Shown here piece after piece: positions 1-8,553 of a stretch of DNA of 20,000 nt; positions within the stretch are counted from its first letter, which is position 1; every line of letters begins with the position of its first letter. This DNA is from an uncultured virus (IMG/VR IMGVR_UViG_3300010885_086743) (Duplodnaviria; Heunggongvirae; Uroviricota; Caudoviricetes): the IMG/VR virus record IMGVR_UViG_3300010885_086743. One strand, 5' to 3'. The notes beneath the pieces were generated by a model. The model searched no databases. It was not told where the DNA came from and was given only the letters and a program-made list of their open reading frames with translations. The position numbers and the translations under genes were made by a program.

Positions 1-1
1 T

Positions 2-595
2 GCTAATTGCTACAATAGAGAACCACAAGTTTTTTCAGATGAACTTAATTGGAACATAATGAGTTATGAACCAAGCGTATTTTTTGAATCAGAAATTCTC
101 TTAAAAAAAATTACAGATAAGAAATTATTGTCTTTGATTCAGTCATACTTAGGTTGTTTTCCTACTATGTATTCTGTCAATTGTGTATGGTCCAAATGTA
201 CTGATGAACCATTTAAAACACAATTACAACATCGAGATTATGATGATTTCAAGTTTCTTTCGTTTTTTGTTTTTTTGACAGATATTGATGATGACAATGG
301 GCCTCATATGTATTATCCAAAAACACAAAATGGTGAAGAACCAAGTTGTGATCCAATAATTATTAAAGGCAAAAAAGGAACAGTTTTTTTAGCAGATGTT
401 TACGGTTATCATAACGGAGTGCCCTTGAACAGTGGTAAAAGATGTCTGTTGTGGTGCAGATTTGGTCTTATGCTAAACAATATGCACTATAAAGATAAAT
501 GTGATTTATTTAAGCAAGATCCAGAAAATATATTTTCAAAAATTGAAGACACTGAACACAATAGATACCTTTTAAGAGGTTTCTTGAATAAGTAA
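2..595 (+). CDS. 2OG-Fe(II) dioxygenase, phytanoyl-CoA dioxygenase-like (5'-truncated by window edge)
   Basis: Frame is open from position 2 (ANCYNREPQVFSDELNWNIMSY...), so the gene probably starts upstream of the window. HxD motif (QHRDYDD), 'FLTDIDDDNGPH' and distal His (YGYHNG) followed by Arg fit the double-stranded beta-helix 2OG oxygenase pattern. Confidence 0.75.
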   Translation, partial: ANCYNREPQVFSDELNWNIMSYEPSVFFESEILLKKITDKKLLSLIQSYLGCFPTMYSVNCVWSKCTDEPFKTQLQHRDYDDFKFLSFFVFLTDIDDDNGPHMYYPKTQNGEEPSCDPIIIKGKKGTVFLADVYGYHNGVPLNSGKRCLLWCRFGLMLNNMHYKDKCDLFKQDPENIFSKIEDTEHNRYLLRGFLNK

Positions 596-613
596 ATCAT
601 TTAATTTCTAATT

Positions 614-653
614 ATAAAAATGCAACGTAAAATAGAATACGTTGCATTTTTAT
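614..653. terminator. Rho-independent terminator / perfect 16-bp inverted repeat
   Basis: ATAAAAATGCAACGTA (614-629), 8-nt loop, TACGTTGCATTTTTAT (638-653); A- and T-tracts on both sides; lies just downstream of the dioxygenase stop. Confidence 0.8.
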
Positions 654-700
654 TTGTATTAGATGCATAATAGAAATTGGATTCTGAAAAGATAAAATAT

Positions 701-2224
701 ATGAATAATTTAGATGTTTTGTTTGTAAACCCAGGTGGATTAAAGGCAGTTTATCAAAGTTTGGCTAGTGATTTAGCTGCTATTGAACCTCCTACATGGT
801 CATTACTTTTAGCTCAATCTTGTCGTTCAATAAACTATAATGTTGCAATTCTTGATATGAATGCAGAAAATTTATCGTTTGAAGAAGGCTTGAGAAGAAT
901 TGAGCAATACAATCCAAGATTGATATGTTTTGTTGTATACGGTCAAAATGTTAATTCAGGCACAGTGTCAATGGCAGACTCTGTTCAATTTTCTGAATAT
1001 ATCAAAAATTCTGGATTAAAAACACCTATTTCATATGTTGGATCTTATGTCCAAGCATTGCCTAAAAAGACTTTAATTGAAGAAAAATCTATTGACTTTG
1101 TTTTTATGAATGAAGGCGTTTACGCATTAAGAAATATCTTAAAGACAGATATAGATGTTAACAATTTAGAAGATATCAAAGGCATAGCTTGGCGTAAAAA
1201 TGGAGAAATTATTTTTAATGATCCAGAGCAAATAGTACCAAATGAAAAAATGGACACAGATTTACCAGGGTACGCTTGGGACCTGCTTCCATTTAATGAA
1301 AAGCCTTTAGATTTATATCGATCACCGTATTGGCATGCTGAGTATATTGATGAGAACAGATCACCATACGCTGCAATTCAAACTTCATTGGGTTGTCAAT
1401 TTGGTTGCTCATTTTGTATGATAAATATCTTAAACAGAAATGACAATGAAGAAATTGGTGTAGCTAGTAATTATTCTAAAATGAGGTTTTGGTCTCCAGA
1501 ATTTATTTTTCAAGAGTTCAAAAAACTTTATGATTTAGGTGTAAGAACAATCAAAATTACTGATGAAATGTTTTTACTCAATAGAAAATATTATGAACCT
1601 CTTTGTACCATGATTTCAGAATCTGGTATGGGATCTGATTTTAGAATGTGGGCTTATTCTAGAGTTGATACTGTAAGAAATCCTGAGATCTTGAGTTTAG
1701 TCAAATCAGCTGGAATAAAATGGTTAGCTCTTGGAATTGAAAGCGCCAATAAAACTGTAAGATTAGAAGTTACTAAAGGCAAATTTGAAGATGTAGACAT
1801 TGAAAAAGTTGTAAAGCAAGTAGAAGATGCTGGAATTCAAGTAATGGCAAATTATATTTTTGGTCTGCCTGGTGATAATTTAGATACAATGCAAGAAACT
1901 TTAGAATTTGCTAAAAAACTTAATACTTGTGGATGGAATGCCTATCCAGCAATTGCTTTGCCAGGGAGCAGAATCTATAAAGATGCTTATGATAACAATT
2001 CAAGACTACCAAAAAAATATGAAGAATATTCTTTTTTAGGTAAGAAAACTTTACCTATCATTCATGAAAATTTATCCAGAGATCAAATTTTGCAATTTAG
2101 AGATAATGCTTTTCATGAATATCACTCAAGTAAGCAATTCAAGGATAAAATTCAAAGTATTTATGGATCTAGAGCTGTTGAATCAATTGAAAAAATGCTA
2201 TCAGTAAAACTGGAAAGAGAATAA
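701..2224 (+). CDS. Cobalamin-binding radical SAM protein (class B methyltransferase-like)
   Basis: N-terminal B12-binding-like domain (LFVNP...EPPTW...ILDMNAE), CxxxCxxC motif 'SLGCQFGCSFC', 'LGIES' and 'YIFGLPGD'. ATG at 701 preferred over the TTG at 677 used by the ORF track. Confidence 0.9.
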   Translation: MNNLDVLFVNPGGLKAVYQSLASDLAAIEPPTWSLLLAQSCRSINYNVAILDMNAENLSFEEGLRRIEQYNPRLICFVVYGQNVNSGTVSMADSVQFSEYIKNSGLKTPISYVGSYVQALPKKTLIEEKSIDFVFMNEGVYALRNILKTDIDVNNLEDIKGIAWRKNGEIIFNDPEQIVPNEKMDTDLPGYAWDLLPFNEKPLDLYRSPYWHAEYIDENRSPYAAIQTSLGCQFGCSFCMINILNRNDNEEIGVASNYSKMRFWSPEFIFQEFKKLYDLGVRTIKITDEMFLLNRKYYEPLCTMISESGMGSDFRMWAYSRVDTVRNPEILSLVKSAGIKWLALGIESANKTVRLEVTKGKFEDVDIEKVVKQVEDAGIQVMANYIFGLPGDNLDTMQETLEFAKKLNTCGWNAYPAIALPGSRIYKDAYDNNSRLPKKYEEYSFLGKKTLPIIHENLSRDQILQFRDNAFHEYHSSKQFKDKIQSIYGSRAVESIEKMLSVKLERE

Positions 2225-2260
2225 GTTATAATCTTAATTAAAGATTAGAGGCATTTATAT

Positions 2261-2866
2261 ATGACTAAATACAGCGAACAAGATTTGATTGATTTCGAAA
2301 CAGAAATTGGAGAATGTTTCAATAACGGAATGATAAAAGCTCCAATTCATTTGTATTCCGGTAATGAAGCTAAAATCATTAAAATTTTCGAAAAAATCAA
2401 AGATGAAGATTGGATATTTTGCACTTGGAGATCACATTATCAGTGTTTATTGAAAGGGGTGCCAAAAGATAGGTTGCGTCAAGATATCTTGGATGGCAAT
2501 TCAATTACACTATGTTATCCTGAATTTAATATCTATTCTTCAGCAATTGTAACTGGTAGTATTCCTATTTCAGTAGGAGTGGCTTTAGATAAAAAAATTA
2601 AAAATGAATCAGGTCATGTTTGGTGTTTTGTGGGAGATATGGCTTCTGAAACTGGTGCATTTTTTGAAAATTGGAAATATGCAGTCAATCATGATTTGCC
2701 TATAACATTTATTGTTGAAGACAATAATAAATCAGTATGTACAGAAACAAGAAAAGTATGGAATTCTGAAGTTTTATTTTTTCAAGAGCCAAGAGATAAA
2801 GTTATTTACTATCAATATGAGTCTATTTATCCTCATGCTGGCTCTGGAAAAAGGATACAATTCTAA
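2261..2866 (+). CDS. ThDP-dependent dehydrogenase E1 alpha-like subunit (short, 201 aa)
   Basis: 'HLYSGNEA', 'TWRSH' and ThDP-binding motif 'GDMA...EDNN'; GAGG ribosome-binding site at 2248-2251. Confidence 0.85.
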   Translation: MTKYSEQDLIDFETEIGECFNNGMIKAPIHLYSGNEAKIIKIFEKIKDEDWIFCTWRSHYQCLLKGVPKDRLRQDILDGNSITLCYPEFNIYSSAIVTGSIPISVGVALDKKIKNESGHVWCFVGDMASETGAFFENWKYAVNHDLPITFIVEDNNKSVCTETRKVWNSEVLFFQEPRDKVIYYQYESIYPHAGSGKRIQF

Positions 2867-3402
2867 TGAAATATTTTGATGAATTAAAGAAATCAATGGA
2901 TTGGCTTGGTGAACAATCAGACACATTGTTTCTAGGACAAGCTGTAGATTATCCAGGAACAGCTATGACTAATACAGTCAGAGACATTCCTAAGTCAAAA
3001 CTTTTAGAAATGCCTGTAAATGAAGATATGCAAATGGGTATTACTTTGGGCATGGCATTGAATGGAAGAGTGCCTATTTCTTTTTACCCTAGATGGAATT
3101 TTTTACTTTTAGCCGCCAATCAATTGGTAAATCATGTAGATAAAGTAAAGATTATGTCAAATGGTGGTTTTTGTCCAAAAATTATTATTAGAACTTCAAT
3201 TGGATCTCAAAGGCCATTGCATCCTAAACATCAACATATAGCTGATTTTACTGGTGGTTTCAAGGCTATGTGCGACTTTGTTGATATTATAAGATTAGAT
3301 GAACCAGAACAAATTTTTGAAGCTTATCAACATGCATACATGAGAACTGATAATAGGCCAACGATTTTAGTTGAATGGGGCGATTTCTATAACGAGAAGT
3401 AA
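2866..3402 (+). CDS. ThDP-dependent E1 beta-like subunit (pyrimidine-binding domain only, 178 aa)
   Basis: 'LFLGQAV', 'EMPVNED..MG...GMAL.G..P', 'NQLVNH', 'PKHQH', 'PTILVE'; TAATG overlap with the alpha subunit; ends before a transketolase C-terminal domain would begin. Confidence 0.85.
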   Translation: MKYFDELKKSMDWLGEQSDTLFLGQAVDYPGTAMTNTVRDIPKSKLLEMPVNEDMQMGITLGMALNGRVPISFYPRWNFLLLAANQLVNHVDKVKIMSNGGFCPKIIIRTSIGSQRPLHPKHQHIADFTGGFKAMCDFVDIIRLDEPEQIFEAYQHAYMRTDNRPTILVEWGDFYNEK

Positions 3403-3403
3403 T

Positions 3404-4573
3404 ATGAATAATTTTTTTTTACCCTTGATGAATGACAATATAGATAGAGAAGATGTTGATTCTGTCATTAATTTTTTATCACAAGAAAAAATCCCCAAGC
3501 TAACAAATGGACCAAAAGTAGTTGAATTTGAAAATGCCTGGGGAGAATGGCTAGGAACAAAATACAATTTGTTTGTCAATTCTGGAGCATCTGCAAACGA
3601 ATTAACAATGCTTGCTCTAGCTCATATTGTTGGTGAAGGTGAAATTATCGTTCCTCCACTAACTTGGATTTCAGATATTTCTTCAGTTCTTTTTGCTGGA
3701 CATAAATTAGTTTTTGTTGATGTCAACTTTACTAATCTTTCATTCGATATTGACAAACTAAAAGCAGCTATCACCTCTGAAACAAAGGCAATTTTTCTTA
3801 CTCATGTCTTAGGTATTAACGGATTGACTAATGAGTTATTGAAAATTTGTGAAGATAACAATATATTGTTGGTTGAAGATGTTTGTGAATCTCATGGAAC
3901 AACTTTCCAAGGAAGTAAAGTTGGAAATTTTGGATTTGCCAGTAATTTTAGTTTCTACTTTGCTCATCATATGTCAACAATTGAAGGTGGAATGATTTCT
4001 ACAAACAATTGGGAATTTTATCAAGTTTGTCGTGCTCTCAGGTCTCATGGTATGACTAGAGAGATGACTAGCGACAGCATGAAAATTTCTATTGCTATGG
4101 ATAATCCCGATCTTAATCCAGACTTTATTTTTCTTAGACCAGCTCACAACTTTAGAAGTACAGAAATTAATGCTGTGATTGGGCTTTCTCAGCTAACTAA
4201 ATTAGATGATAAAAACCATGAAAGAAGGGAAAATTTTGATTTGTTTATATCAAATTTAGACCCTGAAAAATATCACATTGCTTTAAACACTGAAGGGAAT
4301 TGTAATTACGCATTCATTATAATTTTGAAAGAAGCAGACTTTTCAAAAAGAAATGATCTAGAAAAAAAACTTAGAAATAATGGTATTGAATTTAGAAGAG
4401 GACTGTCTGGTGGTGGAAATCAAATGAGACAGCCATTCTTTAAGTCAATTTATAGTGATTTCTCTAATTTTCCCAATATTGAGCATATTCATAATTTCTC
4501 CTGGTATGTTGGAAATTATCCTGGTCTTGAAAGAGAAAAAATCATCAAATTACTTGAGGTATTAAATGGCTAA
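3404..4573 (+). CDS. DegT/DnrJ/EryC1/StrS family PLP enzyme, ColD-like NDP-4-keto-6-deoxyhexose 3-dehydratase
   Basis: 'VNSGASAN', 'EDVCESHG' and 'SFYFAHHMSTIEGG' with His in place of the Schiff-base Lys, as in ColD/E1; lacks the Cys cluster of E1. ATG at 3404 lies just after the upstream stop. Confidence 0.8.
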   Translation: MNNFFLPLMNDNIDREDVDSVINFLSQEKIPKLTNGPKVVEFENAWGEWLGTKYNLFVNSGASANELTMLALAHIVGEGEIIVPPLTWISDISSVLFAGHKLVFVDVNFTNLSFDIDKLKAAITSETKAIFLTHVLGINGLTNELLKICEDNNILLVEDVCESHGTTFQGSKVGNFGFASNFSFYFAHHMSTIEGGMISTNNWEFYQVCRALRSHGMTREMTSDSMKISIAMDNPDLNPDFIFLRPAHNFRSTEINAVIGLSQLTKLDDKNHERRENFDLFISNLDPEKYHIALNTEGNCNYAFIIILKEADFSKRNDLEKKLRNNGIEFRRGLSGGGNQMRQPFFKSIYSDFSNFPNIEHIHNFSWYVGNYPGLEREKIIKLLEVLNG

Positions 4574-5075
4574 AGTTTCCTTATTATCAGATGTAAGCAC
4601 GTACTCTTACGACAGATTCAATGATGAAAGAGGTCAGCTTTTTACAGTATGGAATCAGTCAGATTTATCTAAAATTTCTTTTAATCATGATAAAGTTGCA
4701 ATTTCAAACAAGAATGTTCTCAGGGGTTTACATACTGATAAAGCGTGGAAATTAATTACTTGTTTACATGGAAAAATTCAACTTGTAGTTGCAAATTACA
4801 AACAAGATAGTCCCGAATATTTAGATCATATGAGTATAATTTTAGACTCTGACTCTGAATATAAAACAAGTATATTAGTTCCTCCTGGATACTTAAATGG
4901 CCATTTAGTATTAAGTGAACAAGCAGTATTTTTTTACAAATGGTCATACGAAGGAAGCTATCCAGATGTAAAAGATCAAACCTCAGTTAATTGGTCTGAT
5001 CCAAAAATTGGTATAAATTGGTTAGTAGATAATCCCATACTATCTGAAAGAGATAAAAACACTCCATTATTATGA
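4566..5075 (+). CDS. rmlC: dTDP-4-dehydrorhamnose 3,5-epimerase family (RmlC-like cupin)
   Basis: 'DERG', 'NVLRGLH', 'KLITCLHGKI', 'VPPGYLNGH', 'WSDPKIGINW...PILSERD'. Confidence 0.88.
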   Translation: MAKVSLLSDVSTYSYDRFNDERGQLFTVWNQSDLSKISFNHDKVAISNKNVLRGLHTDKAWKLITCLHGKIQLVVANYKQDSPEYLDHMSIILDSDSEYKTSILVPPGYLNGHLVLSEQAVFFYKWSYEGSYPDVKDQTSVNWSDPKIGINWLVDNPILSERDKNTPLL

Positions 5076-5842
5076 AAGAAAATTACAAAGATATAAAAAT
5101 ATTAGTAATTGGTGATTCGTGTGTTGATATTTTCACATACGGAGACACACTTAGGTTGGCTCCTGAAGGCCCAGCTCCTGTATTCAATCCTTTAAACAGC
5201 AAAAGCAATGGAGGTATGGCACTAAATGTTTCTAATAATATCTCTGCAATTGGTGCTTTCAATACTCTAATAACACAAAGTCAAGAAATTACTAAAACAA
5301 GATACATTGATGAGCGCACAAATACACTATTACTTCGTATAGATGCAAATGACAAGACAGCACAAATATCTAATGAATTATTGAAAAATATTACAAATAA
5401 TTCTCATGAAAATGTTTGTTATGACGCTATTGTAATTAGTGATTATTGCAAAGGTTTTTTATCTGAAGAAGATATTGAATTTATTGCTTCAAATAATTCC
5501 AATGTATTTTTAGACACAAAAAAAATCCTAGGCGAATGGTGCAAATCAGTGACATTCATAAAAATAAATCATACAGAATTCGATCGGACTAAACATACTA
5601 TTGATGCATTAGGTTTATATGAAAAAATGATCATTACAAGATCAGATGAAGGTTGTGAATATAATAGCGTAATTTATCCTGTAGAAAAAGTCAACATAAA
5701 AGATGTTTCGGGTGCAGGAGATACATTTGTTTCTGGATTAGTTTGTGAATTTATTAGAACTAAGGATATTATTCTTGCAATAAAATTTGCTCAAGAATGT
5801 GCCACAAAAGTAGTTCAAAAGAAGGGAGTTTGTACTATATGA
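5072..5842 (+). CDS. PfkB-family sugar kinase, HldE/RfaE domain I (heptose-7-phosphate kinase)-like
   Basis: 'ILVIGDSCVD...G...RLAPEGPAPV', 'GGMALNV', 'VISDYCKG', 'DVSGAGDTF'; ATGA overlap with rmlC. Confidence 0.85.
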   Translation: MKENYKDIKILVIGDSCVDIFTYGDTLRLAPEGPAPVFNPLNSKSNGGMALNVSNNISAIGAFNTLITQSQEITKTRYIDERTNTLLLRIDANDKTAQISNELLKNITNNSHENVCYDAIVISDYCKGFLSEEDIEFIASNNSNVFLDTKKILGEWCKSVTFIKINHTEFDRTKHTIDALGLYEKMIITRSDEGCEYNSVIYPVEKVNIKDVSGAGDTFVSGLVCEFIRTKDIILAIKFAQECATKVVQKKGVCTI

Positions 5843-6129
5843 ATATGAAAGAATATTATGAAATGTATCTAACTTTGCACCAAAATAAAGTGTGCAGAAG
5901 ATTACATGTTTTGGGTCAATTTATGACTATCGCCTGGGTAGTAGGTTGTTTCTATTTTGGATTTTATTGGTTTCTTATATTGACACCATTTATTGTTTAC
6001 CCATTTGCTTGGTCAGGACATTATTTCTTTGAGAAAAATCAACCAGCTGCATTCAAGGATCCTTTAAAGGCTAAAATTAGTGATTGGATTATGTTGTCGG
6101 ATATTCTAAGAGGAAAAGTTCCATTCTAA
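5839..6129 (+). CDS. DUF962 / Mpo1-like small membrane protein
   Basis: 'YLTLHQNKVCRRLHVLG', hydrophobic hairpin, 'AWSGHYFFEKNQPA'. ATG at 5839 overlaps the kinase TGA and follows a GAAGGGAG SD-like sequence at 5821-5828. Confidence 0.8.
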   Translation: MNMKEYYEMYLTLHQNKVCRRLHVLGQFMTIAWVVGCFYFGFYWFLILTPFIVYPFAWSGHYFFEKNQPAAFKDPLKAKISDWIMLSDILRGKVPF

Positions 6130-6156
6130 AAAAAGAGGCATAAAGCCTCTTTTTTT
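6128..6156. terminator. Bidirectional rho-independent terminator between convergent operons
   Basis: AAAAAAAGAGGC (6128-6139), loop ATAAA, GCCTCTTTTTTT (6145-6156); fills the whole gap between the two convergent stop codons. Confidence 0.9.
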
Positions 6157-7251
6157 TTATGCTAATTTCCTATACCATTCAATAACTTTATTTCTCAAAG
6201 TCCAAGAATTTTCAGAACTTATATTTCTGCCTATATTCCAAATATTTACAATTCTGGTCAAATGAATATAAAAAAGTTCTTCTTCAGAATAAATGCTCGC
6301 AAATCCTTGAAAATCATTATTAAATTCCGAAATTCTATTTTTCCAAAAATAAGGAATATATTCTTTAGAAAAATAAAAATCATATCCCTTTTCATCAAAA
6401 ATTTTCAATTTATCGTAAGTTGGATTGATATTAGTAAAATTTTGTCTATACGAACAAGAGTAATTTATCTTAATATTATTTTCAAAAAATCCATCAGGAA
6501 TTTCTAAAACTGGCAACACTTCATTAGGAAGATACTGCCAAATTGTATGTTGATATCCATCAAAATGGCGAGCTATTTCTCTATAGGGAGTTATAATTGT
6601 TGATTTTGAAAACCAACTAAATAAATCTAATGCTGGAGTGCTGATACCATCAGCTCTTGGGAAAGCTACATCTGGTAATTTGTGTTCCACCCACCAGTGA
6701 TGATAAGTTTTTCTGTTGATTACTTGAATAGAATCACAACACTTTCCCTTTGATTTAATATGGTCTTCTAAAAATTGAAAATTTCCAGAATTATCGAATG
6801 AACTGTAGCAATGCTCAGGCCAATGTGAAAATTGTATTCCTAAATAATCATCATAATTTCTGTATTGTTCTACGATATTCTTGAAATAAGTTGGATCAGG
6901 ATCAATAAAAACATGATCATGATTACAAGAAAACAATATTAAATCATCATCTAAAAGATCATAATCTTTCTTCCATTCTGATTGATATTCATTTCTATAT
7001 TCTCTTACAATCAAAGGATACTTATCAAAACAATTATTAATAAATTCATGAAGTTCTTGTTTGCGGTGAAAGTAAACAGTGTCAAGTTTTACGTTAATAA
7101 TTACTTTTTTCCAAGAATAAAAATCAGACAAACTTGACAACATATATTTAAAAACATCAACTTTATCTGAATATTTTGCGTTCTGTCTAACGACATTTCC
7201 TTGAGTTTTAAATTTTTCTTCAGTTAAAAAAACATTTAAGAATAAAATCAT
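6157..7251 (-). CDS. Hypothetical protein (364 aa), possible divergent GT-A glycosyltransferase
   Basis: Long ORF coupled to the upstream HAD gene by an ATGA overlap. 'DLILFSCNHDHVFID' resembles a beta-strand plus DxD-type metal motif, with a late 'RHFDGY' His. The CDS is solid; the function is a guess. Confidence 0.55.
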   Translation of the reverse strand: MILFLNVFLTEEKFKTQGNVVRQNAKYSDKVDVFKYMLSSLSDFYSWKKVIINVKLDTVYFHRKQELHEFINNCFDKYPLIVREYRNEYQSEWKKDYDLLDDDLILFSCNHDHVFIDPDPTYFKNIVEQYRNYDDYLGIQFSHWPEHCYSSFDNSGNFQFLEDHIKSKGKCCDSIQVINRKTYHHWWVEHKLPDVAFPRADGISTPALDLFSWFSKSTIITPYREIARHFDGYQHTIWQYLPNEVLPVLEIPDGFFENNIKINYSCSYRQNFTNINPTYDKLKIFDEKGYDFYFSKEYIPYFWKNRISEFNNDFQGFASIYSEEELFYIHLTRIVNIWNIGRNISSENSWTLRNKVIEWYRKLA

Positions 7252-7610
7252 AATATTTCTATATCCTTAATTCCAACATTTCTATCAGGGGAAATGCAAA
7301 AGCAAGCTACTTCACCATCAGGTTTTTTATCATTTATTAAGTATCTTGGACCTCCACCAATTCCCATGATGAGTAAATCATAAAATATACCAACCTCTGA
7401 TAATTGCTTTTCAGTAGCTTTACGCATACTTTCTTTTCTGCCAGTAGTCAATATTATTCTAAAACCGTTTTTTTCCCACTCCATTAATTTTTCAAGAGTT
7501 CCAGGCAAGAGCTCAAGAGAGTGGCTTGGTCTGCAGCTTGTTGATGGTGGTTCATGTTTAACCAATGTTCCATCAATATCACAAAAAATTGTTGGTTTAG
7601 ACGATATCAA
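7248..7610 (-). CDS. Small HAD-superfamily phosphatase
   Basis: Motif I 'FCDIDGTL', motif II 'LTTGR', C-terminal 'INDK'. TTG start preceded by AGGTG (SD-like) inside the upstream gene. Confidence 0.8.
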   Translation of the reverse strand: MISSKPTIFCDIDGTLVKHEPPSTSCRPSHSLELLPGTLEKLMEWEKNGFRIILTTGRKESMRKATEKQLSEVGIFYDLLIMGIGGGPRYLINDKKPDGEVACFCISPDRNVGIKDIEIL

Positions 7611-8553
7611 TTAGTTCACCTAGTTTTTTATTTATTTTATTATAGATGAAAGATTCATCTATTTCATCTAATATTTCATTTACAAAAACTTCATTCGAGT
7701 AAACATAATGACCACTTATTTTTATAAGTTCAGACTTATTGTTTATTGGATCAAATTCTGGACCAACCCAGTTTTTCCATTTTCCAGAATCAAAACATAA
7801 TTTATAAAATAATTCAAATTTTTCTTCACTAATACAATCTAATATAGAACATGTTTGCAAATATCCAAATTCTGGCGCAATGTTTATACAATCTAACCCC
7901 AAATCAAATTTTTGTTTGATTATTCTAGTATCAATGTAATCACCATTATGTTCTTTGCTAAATTTATCAAACTTTTTGACAATATTTATTTGATTTACAA
8001 GACGTTCAGAAGAATAATTACCAATTTGATTATTTCCTTTCAATTTTGTCCCTGATTGAATTACTATATGAGAAATTTTATCAAATATAAGACCTAATTC
8101 TTTGTGAACAGAATCTATAAAATGTTCAAGTGTTTTTTCATCAAAATAAAAAATAGATTCTTCAGTAGCTATTTCATAAGATAAATTTTTATTTATATTA
8201 TGACAAAACTTTATGTAATCAGTAGTTAAAATGATAGCTTCTTGTATGCTTTTAGTGTATTTGAATGGATCAATTTGAATCATATCAAAATGCAAAGCAT
8301 CTGATTCCAAGCTCGCATACCCATCATCAGGGAATGCTCCTTGCATAGCACCAGCATGATCTCTACATATAGTGAATTCTGGTTTTGTGTCTTTTACATA
8401 TGATGCAAAAGATTCAGTTGACCAATTATTTACATAGCCACTTTTATAGTCCACTTGTCTTCTACTAGGTATAAATCCAAATAAAGCAGGGTTTTGCTTT
8501 AATAGACAATCAACAATTTGCTTACTCATAGGTCCAACAAAAAATTTAATCAT
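7597..8553 (-). CDS. GatZ/KbaZ-like (tagatose-6-phosphate epimerase / class II aldolase-like) TIM-barrel protein
   Basis: 'SRRQVD...GY', 'RDHAG', 'YEIATEE', 'VIQSGT', 'KEHNGDY' and 'NIAPEFG' parallel GatZ/KbaZ motifs (NQV..GGY, DHLG, GTE, VQPG, HSTDY, KVGP). Confidence 0.6.
   Translation of the reverse strand: MIKFFVGPMSKQIVDCLLKQNPALFGFIPSRRQVDYKSGYVNNWSTESFASYVKDTKPEFTICRDHAGAMQGAFPDDGYASLESDALHFDMIQIDPFKYTKSIQEAIILTTDYIKFCHNINKNLSYEIATEESIFYFDEKTLEHFIDSVHKELGLIFDKISHIVIQSGTKLKGNNQIGNYSSERLVNQINIVKKFDKFSKEHNGDYIDTRIIKQKFDLGLDCINIAPEFGYLQTCSILDCISEEKFELFYKLCFDSGKWKNWVGPEFDPINNKSELIKISGHYVYSNEVFVNEILDEIDESFIYNKINKKLGELIDIV

Noticed and set aside
687..700. AAAAGATA-N6-ATG seen before 701 and before 18322 (minus strand)
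   Set aside because: Low-complexity A-rich match with two instances; not distinguishable from chance.
2227..2247. TATAAT at 2227-2232 overlapping a 7-bp inverted repeat (TAATCTT/AAGATTA)
   Set aside because: Weak AT-rich stem and no -35 at the proper spacing; could be an internal promoter but cannot be supported.
2261..3402. Pyruvate dehydrogenase pdhA/pdhB, or pseudogenes of them
   Set aside because: Too short and no E2/E3, yet both ORFs are intact, coupled and retain key motifs, so neither label fits.
3412..3420. T9 tract just after the start of the ColD-like gene (also A8 tracts near 103 and 4362) as phase-variation sites
   Set aside because: A/T runs of 8-9 nt are expected at about 70% AT, the frames are intact, and there are no poly-G/C tracts.
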